In this document: positions 58,325-64,000 of the stretch, piece by piece | Numbering within the stretch: the first letter of the stretch is position 1 | Layout of the letters: the number at the start of each line of letters is the position of its first letter | Source: Candidatus Methylomirabilia bacterium | Lineage (GTDB): Bacteria > Methylomirabilota > Methylomirabilia > Rokubacteriales > CSP1-6 | Direction of reading: 5' to 3' | Length of the DNA: 64,000 nt | NCBI GenBank assembly: GCA_041478145.1 | Contig: JBGOVO010000001.1 | Location: 5,702 to 69,701 of the forward strand | The notes under the pieces: generated by a model | Told to the model about the DNA's origin: nothing | The model's database searches: none | Seen by the model: the letters and a program-made list of their open reading frames with translations, nothing else | Translations under genes and position numbers: made by a program

Positions 58325-59719
58325 ATGAAGAACAGACTAGTGCTCGTCGCTGCCCCGGAAGCGCGCTCCCAGCAGCACCTCGCCGCGACACTCAGCGAAT
58401 GGGGCTATGAGCCGGTGTGTACGAGCTCGCTCGAAGACGCGCTGCCGGAAATGGCGCAGCGACGGTTCTTGCTGAGCCTCCTCGACCTCGGCGCGAGCGC
58501 GGGAGAGCTGCTCCGCCGCCTCCGGACGCAAGGAGGCTCGCCGGGCGCCATCGTCGTGATCGCCGACGCCGACGCGGGCGAACGCGCTGTGGAGGCCACC
58601 TCGCTCGGCGCCGACGACTTCCTCCAGAAGCCGTTCACGTCCGACGACCTCGAGAACGTGATCAAGAGCGCCCTGTCACGCCCGCGGCGAAGCTGGGAGC
58701 GCACGCCCGACGACGAGACTCGGAGCCGACTCCACGAAGAGGTCGGGCTCTGGCGCAGCGCGAAGATGAGGGAGGTCCGCGACATCATCGAGCAGGCGGC
58801 CCGCGTGGACGTCACCGTGCTCATCTGCGGCGAGACGGGCACCGGCAAGGACGTCGTCGCGCGCGCGGTCCACGACGAGTCGATCCGCGAGAGCGGCCCC
58901 TTCGTCAAGGTCAACTGCGCCGCGGTGCCCCGCGAGCTGCTCGAGAGCGAGCTATTCGGCCACGAGCGCGGGGCCTTCACGGGCGCGCACCAGCTCAAGA
59001 TCGGCAAGTTCGAGTCGGCCGACCGCGGCACCATTTTCCTGGACGAGATCGGCGATCTGCATCCCGCGCTCCAGGGCAAGCTCCTGCACGTGTTGCAGGA
59101 CGGTCAGTTCTCGCGCGTGGGCGGCCGCTCCACCGTCAAGGTGGACGTCCGCGTGCTCGCCGCCACCAACCAGGATCTCGAGCAGGCGGTGGCGACGGGG
59201 CGGTTCCGGGAGGATCTCTACTACCGGCTGAACGTCATCCAGATCGTGGTGCCGCCGCTGCGCGAGCGCCCCGAAGAGATCCCGGTCCTCGCCGAGTACT
59301 TCATGCAGCGCTACTCGCAGCTCTTCCGCCGCGAGAGCCTGCGCCTCCCCGCGGAGACCGTGCAGCGGCTCATGCACCACCGGTTCCCGGGCAATGTCCG
59401 GGAGCTGGAGAACATGATCAAGCGCATGATCGTCCTCGGCGACCCGCTCCTGCGGCGCAGTCCCCTGCCCGGCGGCGTGCCCGTGACCGAGGAGAACGGC
59501 GCCCCGCGCCCGGCCAAGGCCGCGACGCTGTCGTTGAAGGACATTTCGCGCAAGGCCGCCCAGATCGCGGAGCGCGAAGCCATCCTTCAGGCGCTGGAGC
59601 AGACGCAGTGGAACCGCGTCCGCGCCGCCAAGCTCCTGGAGATCTCGTACCGGGCCCTCCTGTACAAGATCAAGGACGCCGGGCTGGACCGTGAGCGCCG
59701 CGGAGCCCACCGGTCATGA
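58325..59719 (+). CDS. sigma-54-dependent Fis-family transcriptional regulator (PEP-CTERM-box response-regulator PrsR-like) with atypical receiver domain
   Basis: AAA+ sigma-54 activator core (VLICGETGTGKDVVARAVH, ESELFGHERGAFTGA, GAFTGA-type loop) and a C-terminal Fis HTH (NRVRAAKLLEISYRALLYKIK). In the N-terminal receiver-like domain the acidic pair is replaced (LVLVAAPE), while LLDL and KPF are retained. Confidence 0.85.
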   Translation: MKNRLVLVAAPEARSQQHLAATLSEWGYEPVCTSSLEDALPEMAQRRFLLSLLDLGASAGELLRRLRTQGGSPGAIVVIADADAGERAVEATSLGADDFLQKPFTSDDLENVIKSALSRPRRSWERTPDDETRSRLHEEVGLWRSAKMREVRDIIEQAARVDVTVLICGETGTGKDVVARAVHDESIRESGPFVKVNCAAVPRELLESELFGHERGAFTGAHQLKIGKFESADRGTIFLDEIGDLHPALQGKLLHVLQDGQFSRVGGRSTVKVDVRVLAATNQDLEQAVATGRFREDLYYRLNVIQIVVPPLRERPEEIPVLAEYFMQRYSQLFRRESLRLPAETVQRLMHHRFPGNVRELENMIKRMIVLGDPLLRRSPLPGGVPVTEENGAPRPAKAATLSLKDISRKAAQIAEREAILQALEQTQWNRVRAAKLLEISYRALLYKIKDAGLDRERRGAHRS

Positions 59720-61299
59720 GCGACGCGGTCCGGGGCCTCGACGACGCGGCCGCCACCCCGCGCGGCTCCGGCCTCGGCCGCTTGCGCCTGGCCTGGAGCC
59801 GGCGGAAGTGGCTGGGCATGCTTGTGGCCTTGGTGCCGCTCACCGGCGGCGTCAGCATCATCATGGCGCTGCCGGATCTTTACCAGTCCACCGCCCTCGT
59901 GATGATCGAGCGCCAGCAGGTTCCGGAGGCGTTCGTCAGACCCACGGTGACGAGCCAGCTCGAGATCCGCCTGCAGACCATCAGTCAGGAGATCCTCAGC
60001 CGCTCCCGCCTCGACACCCTCATCACCCGCTTCAATCTGTACCCCGAGCTGCGGAAGGCCACCTCCTCCGAGGAGGCGGTGGACCGGCTGCGGACCGACA
60101 TCCGGCTCGAGCTGAAGGCCGACGCCGGCAGGGTCGGCACCACGACCGCCTTCGCCCTCTCCTACCGGGGACGCGACCCGCAGACGGTGGCGCTCGTCAC
60201 CAACACCCTGGCGTCCTTCTACATCGAGGAGAATCTCAAGGCGCGGGAGCGACAGGCGACGGGAACCGCCGAGTTCCTGCGTGTCCAGCTCACGGAAGCC
60301 AAGAAGCGCCTCGACGACCAGGAGACGCGGGTGAGCGGCCTGCGGCGCCGGTACCTTGGGCAGCTCCCCCAGCAGATGCAGGGTAACCTCGCCACCCTGG
60401 ATTCGCTCACCGGGCAACTCCGCATCAACAGCGACAACCAGGTCCGCCTGGCCGAGCGACGCGACCAGCTCGTCTCCCAGCTCGCCCAGGCCCGAATTGT
60501 CGCCGGCGACGAGACCGACGAGATGCTCCTGGCCCGGCTGCGGCGCGAGCTCAGCCTGCTGCGCATCAAGTACACGGACCTGTGGCCGGATATCATCCGG
60601 ATCAAGGACGAGATCGCCAACCTCGAGAAGCAGATAGCGGGGCCGAAGCCCAAGGCCGCGGCCAAGACACCGCCTCCGCCCAGCCCCGAGGTCATGCGGA
60701 TCCAGGAGGCGATCCAGATCGCCGAGACCGAGATGAAGCTGTTGAAGGTGGATGAGCAGCGCATCCGCCGCTCCCTCGAGACGTACCAGTCTCGCGTCGA
60801 GAACGCTCCCAAGAGCGAGCAGGAGTTTCTCGAGATGACGCGCGACTACGAGGGGACCCGGGAGCTCTACCAGACGCTCTCGAAGCGCTACGAGGAAGCT
60901 CTGCTCGCCGAGAGCATGGAGCAGCGCCAGAAGGGCGAGCAGTTCCGGGTCCTGGACCCGGCCCTCGCGTCCTCGGTGCCCACCGCGCCCAAGCGGTCAC
61001 GGCTTCTTCTCGCCTGCGTCGCGCTGTCACTGGCCCTCGGCGCCGGCGCCGTGGTGCTCGCGGAAATGCTCGATACCTCGTTCCATTCGACCGGCGATCT
61101 CCGTGCCTACACCACCGTCCCGGTCCTGGTGAGCATTCCGAGGATCTCGACCGGAGCGGACTCGCGGCGCGAGCGGTGGCGGTTCCGGTTCGCGGCCGCC
61201 GGCGTGCTCGTTTGCCTCGTGGTGCTCGCCGGCTCCTGCTACTTCTTCGCTCACGGGAACGAGCAGCTCGCCCAGCTGCTCTCCCGCGGGCGCGCGTGA
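59716..61299 (+). CDS. polysaccharide chain-length determinant protein, PEP-CTERM-locus subfamily (Wzz/PCP-like)
   Basis: N-terminal TM segment (WLGMLVALVPLTGGVSIIMAL), a long coiled-coil periplasmic domain, and a C-terminal TM segment (LLLACVALSLALGAGAVVLA). ATG overlaps the upstream TGA. Confidence 0.8.
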   Translation: MSDAVRGLDDAAATPRGSGLGRLRLAWSRRKWLGMLVALVPLTGGVSIIMALPDLYQSTALVMIERQQVPEAFVRPTVTSQLEIRLQTISQEILSRSRLDTLITRFNLYPELRKATSSEEAVDRLRTDIRLELKADAGRVGTTTAFALSYRGRDPQTVALVTNTLASFYIEENLKARERQATGTAEFLRVQLTEAKKRLDDQETRVSGLRRRYLGQLPQQMQGNLATLDSLTGQLRINSDNQVRLAERRDQLVSQLAQARIVAGDETDEMLLARLRRELSLLRIKYTDLWPDIIRIKDEIANLEKQIAGPKPKAAAKTPPPPSPEVMRIQEAIQIAETEMKLLKVDEQRIRRSLETYQSRVENAPKSEQEFLEMTRDYEGTRELYQTLSKRYEEALLAESMEQRQKGEQFRVLDPALASSVPTAPKRSRLLLACVALSLALGAGAVVLAEMLDTSFHSTGDLRAYTTVPVLVSIPRISTGADSRRERWRFRFAAAGVLVCLVVLAGSCYFFAHGNEQLAQLLSRGRA

Positions 61300-61306
61300 G
61301 CGCCCC

Positions 61307-62350
61307 GTGGCCATCTACGTCAACTTCTACGGGTTGGAGCGCGATCCCTTCGGGCCGACGCCCGATCCGGACTTCCTCTTCCTCACCCCGGGCCACAAGG
61401 AAGCCCTCGCCCAGCTGCTCTACGCCATCCAGGAGCGGAAGGGCTTCATCCTGGTCACGGCCGAGGTGGGCATGGGGAAGACGATGCTCCTGCAGGCCCT
61501 CCGCCAGGAGCTCGACAGCACGACGGCCGTCGCCTACGTGTCGAACTCGATGCTCCCCTTCCCCGGCATCCTCGAATACATGCTGGCGGAGTTCGAGATC
61601 CAGAAGCCCGGCGAGTCCCACGCCCAGCGGCTGGTGGCGCTCCAGAACTTCCTGCTCGAGCGCCACCGGACCGGGCAGAGCACGGTCCTGATCCTCGACG
61701 AGGCGCAAAACCTCTACCCGCAGACGCTCGAGCAGATCCGGCTCCTGTCCAACTTCGAGACCACCAAGGAGAAGATCCTCCAGATCGTGCTGGTTGGGCA
61801 GCCCGAGCTACTGGCCCGCCTCGATCTCCCGGAGCTGCGGCAGCTCAAGCAGCGCATCGCCATCCTGTGCACGATTCCGCCGATGACAGCGTCCGGAACC
61901 CGGAACTATATCCGGACCCGGCTGCGCCTAGCCGGTTCCCGGGATCTCGGGATCTTCACGGAAGAGGCGCTGGCCCGCATCTCGGCCCACGCCGCCGGCA
62001 TCCCGCGCGTGGTCAACACGCTCTGCGATCACTGCCTGCTCATCGGCTACGCCGACCAGACCCGACGCATCGACGGCGGCATCGTCGACCAGGCCGTATC
62101 CTATTTCCATGGCGGTCTGCCGGCCCGGCCGGCGCGGCGGGTGCGCTCGACCCCGAGCGTCGCGCGGCGGCGAGCCCGCCGCCGCATGGGGCCGCTCGGC
62201 TGGGGCCTTCTCGGCACGTCGGCCGCCGTCGTGGCCGCCGTCGGCGCCCTGGTCATCCTCCATCCCGGGCTTTTGCCCCAGGCGATGGGCCTCTCGAGCG
62301 ATCAGTTCTGGGACATGGCGCGCACCCTGCGCACCTTGATCGGCGGATGA
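61307..62350 (+). CDS. AAA ATPase of the PEP-CTERM/XrtA-locus secretion-ATPase type (ExeA/GspA-like)
   Basis: LERDPFGPTPDPDFLFLTPGHKEALAQLLYAIQERKGFILVTAEVGMGKTML contains the Walker A motif, and the Walker B motif is VLILDEAQNL. GTG start. Confidence 0.8.
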   Translation: MAIYVNFYGLERDPFGPTPDPDFLFLTPGHKEALAQLLYAIQERKGFILVTAEVGMGKTMLLQALRQELDSTTAVAYVSNSMLPFPGILEYMLAEFEIQKPGESHAQRLVALQNFLLERHRTGQSTVLILDEAQNLYPQTLEQIRLLSNFETTKEKILQIVLVGQPELLARLDLPELRQLKQRIAILCTIPPMTASGTRNYIRTRLRLAGSRDLGIFTEEALARISAHAAGIPRVVNTLCDHCLLIGYADQTRRIDGGIVDQAVSYFHGGLPARPARRVRSTPSVARRRARRRMGPLGWGLLGTSAAVVAAVGALVILHPGLLPQAMGLSSDQFWDMARTLRTLIGG

Positions 62351-63231
62351 GCAAGTTCTCGAAGGCCCTCGAGCAGGCGCAGCGAGACCGGGTCCTCCGG
62401 GCCCGGCCCGTCCCGACCGACAACGGGCACGCTGCCGAGCCGCGACCGACGCGACCGGTGCCCAAGCCCCCGTCGACGCGTCGGCGCGGGGTGGGACCGA
62501 CCGGAGCCGTCGATGACCACCTGGTGAGCCTGGTGGCCCCCGCGGGCCTGGAGGCCGAGCAATATCGCGCGCTCCGTCACGTGGTGGAGCAGCGGCGTCG
62601 GAGCGACAATCTGACCGTGATCGCCGTCTCGAGTCCCGGGGGCGGCGACGGCAAGACGATCACCGCCATCAACCTGGCCGGCGCGCTGGCCCAGGCGCCG
62701 GACGCCCGGGTGCTGCTGGTCGAGGCGGACCTGCGTCGGCCCTCGATCGGGTCTCTCCTCGGTCTCAACGATCCCGGCGCTCCGGGGCTGGTGCACGCCA
62801 TCCTCGATCCGGGTCTGTCACTGGCCCAGGTCGCCCAGACCCTGACGACGTTCAATCTGAGCGTGGTGCTTGCCGGCCAGACCCCGCCAAGCCCCTACGA
62901 GATCCTGAAGTCGCCCCGTCTGGCCGAGCTGCTCGACGAGGCCCGCCGCGACTATGACTATGTCGTCCTGGACACGCCGCCCCTGGTTCCGGTCCAGGAT
63001 TGCCGGCTGATCGCCCGCCTGGTGGACGGGCTCGTCCTCGTGGTGGCCGCCCACCGCACGCCGCGCCCGATGCTCGAGGCGGCGCTCGACGTCCTTGACC
63101 CCACGCGACTGATCGGTCTCGTCTTCAATGGCGACGATCACCTTCTGGCCGGCCGCCAGCTCGGGTACAACGCCGGCTACTACGCGCCGCCGAAGGCAAG
63201 GAGTCGGCGGCCCACGGATCGGTCACGGTGA
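62347..63231 (+). CDS. exopolysaccharide/PEP-CTERM-locus tyrosine autokinase (CpsD/CapB-like BY-kinase)
   Basis: Walker A VSSPGGGDGKTITAINLAGALA, plus VVLDTPPLVPVQD and a Tyr-rich tail (LGYNAGYYAPP). ATGA overlap with the ATPase gene. The upstream part of the track ORF is off-frame junk. Confidence 0.8.
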   Translation: MSKFSKALEQAQRDRVLRARPVPTDNGHAAEPRPTRPVPKPPSTRRRGVGPTGAVDDHLVSLVAPAGLEAEQYRALRHVVEQRRRSDNLTVIAVSSPGGGDGKTITAINLAGALAQAPDARVLLVEADLRRPSIGSLLGLNDPGAPGLVHAILDPGLSLAQVAQTLTTFNLSVVLAGQTPPSPYEILKSPRLAELLDEARRDYDYVVLDTPPLVPVQDCRLIARLVDGLVLVVAAHRTPRPMLEAALDVLDPTRLIGLVFNGDDHLLAGRQLGYNAGYYAPPKARSRRPTDRSR

Positions 63232-64000
63232 GCCTCGCCATCCTCGAGGGCCTCGTCTTGTTCCTGGCGGTGTCCGGAAGCATCTTCGCCTGGGGCCATC
63301 TCCTGCTCGTGGATTGGCTCGACGTCGCCACGCTGCTCTGGCAAGCCGCGGCAGTGTCGCTCTGCTGCATCGTCGCCTTCTACTACAACGATCTGTACGA
63401 CATCCAGGTCGTCCGGAGCTTCAGCCTCTTTGCGTCCCGGCTGCTCCAGTCCTTCGGCGTGGCCCTGATCCTGCTGGCCGGCTTCTACACGCTCTTCCCC
63501 GCGACGCAGATCCGCGAGAGCGCCTTCTTCTCGAGCCTGGTGGTCAGCGCCGGTCTCCTGGTCCCCCTCCGCGCCGTGGGCTATGCGATCATGCGCCGCC
63601 GGGCCTTCGCCGATCGCGTGCTCATCCTGGGCACCGGCCCCCTGGCCACGCGGCTGCTGCGCGAGATCGAGGCGCGGCCGAACTTCCGCTACTCGATCGC
63701 CGGCGTCGCCGATGAGGGCACCGGGGCTCCGCCGAGCGATCTCCCGTATCCGGTGCTCGGTCCGGTGGAGCGCCTGGACAAGATCATCGAGGAGGTCAAG
63801 CCCGACCGCATCATCGTGGCCCTCGCCGAGCGGCGCGGGCGAATGCCGGTGGGCCATCTCCTCGAGTGCGGCGCGCGGGGCATCCTGGTCGAGGACGGGC
63901 TGCGGACTTACGAGTACTTCACCGGGAAGCTTCCGATCGAGTCGCTCACGCCGTCGTTCCTCATCTTCTCGGGGGCCTTCCGCAAGTCCCGCCTTCAGCT
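63228..64000 (+). CDS. polyprenyl-phosphate sugar phosphotransferase, PEP-CTERM-associated (WbaP/CpsE-like priming transferase), 3' partial
   Basis: By-eye translation from GTG 63228 gives VSLAILEGLVLFLAVSGS...AFYYNDLYDIQVVRSFS...VLILGTGPLATRLLREIEARPNFRYSIAGV. This matches the TM plus Rossmann-like N-half of EPS priming transferases. The frame is open to the window end. Confidence 0.7.
   Translation, partial: MSLAILEGLVLFLAVSGSIFAWGHLLLVDWLDVATLLWQAAAVSLCCIVAFYYNDLYDIQVVRSFSLFASRLLQSFGVALILLAGFYTLFPATQIRESAFFSSLVVSAGLLVPLRAVGYAIMRRRAFADRVLILGTGPLATRLLREIEARPNFRYSIAGVADEGTGAPPSDLPYPVLGPVERLDKIIEEVKPDRIIVALAERRGRMPVGHLLECGARGILVEDGLRTYEYFTGKLPIESLTPSFLIFSGAFRKSRLQ

Overview
High-GC bacterial chromosomal segment that is almost entirely an exopolysaccharide (EPS) biosynthesis megalocus of the exosortase A / PEP-CTERM-associated type. 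No exosortase gene and no PEP-CTERM-tailed substrate protein is seen inside the window.

Layout:
- 1-36.8 kb, plus strand: a long, translationally coupled gene run. It holds a Wzc-like tyrosine autokinase (5' partial), UDP-HexNAc uronic acid and UDP-ManNAc genes, PEP-CTERM-subfamily polysaccharide deacetylase and FemAB proteins, several GT4 sugar transferases, three AsnB-type amidotransferases, a dedicated glmS, a Wzy_C/O-antigen-ligase-like protein, a Wzx flippase, and an acyl-CoA ligase / carrier protein / PLP-decarboxylase / GNAT module.
- 36.8-42.7 kb: a visibly less GC-rich island of secreted or modifying proteins (MBL-fold hydrolase, Cys-rich secreted protein, Kelch-like propeller, heparinase II/III-like).
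- 42.7-54.9 kb, minus strand: an 11-gene operon behind a textbook sigma-54 promoter. It encodes a CDP-linked C-methyl deoxysugar pathway with a DUF4910 protein, a PIG-L deacetylase, a pyruvyl transferase, a class III aminotransferase, a GT2, an LtaS-like phosphoglycerol transferase and a glycerophosphodiesterase.
- 55.1-57.7 kb: a secreted beta-helix protein, a degenerate GGDEF (GQDIA) protein with an intact RxxD I-site, and a DUF4242/coiled-coil protein.
- 57.7-58.3 kb: a 674-bp AT-richer regulatory gap carrying a second perfect sigma-54 promoter.
- 58.3-64.0 kb, plus strand: a PrsR-like sigma-54 enhancer-binding regulator with an atypical receiver, then the PEP-CTERM-locus chain-length determinant, secretion-ATPase-like protein, tyrosine autokinase and priming sugar transferase (3' partial).

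No rRNA, tRNA, CRISPR or IS element was recognised. The long antisense ORFs in the track are GC-content artefacts. The most interesting signals are: the sigma-54 regulatory logic tying a c-di-GMP-receptor-like protein and an orphan enhancer-binding protein to two EPS operons; the Dlt-like carrier-protein decoration module; the glycerophosphate/pyruvate/C-methyl-sugar decoration operon; and an AsnB paralog with a dead glutaminase domain.
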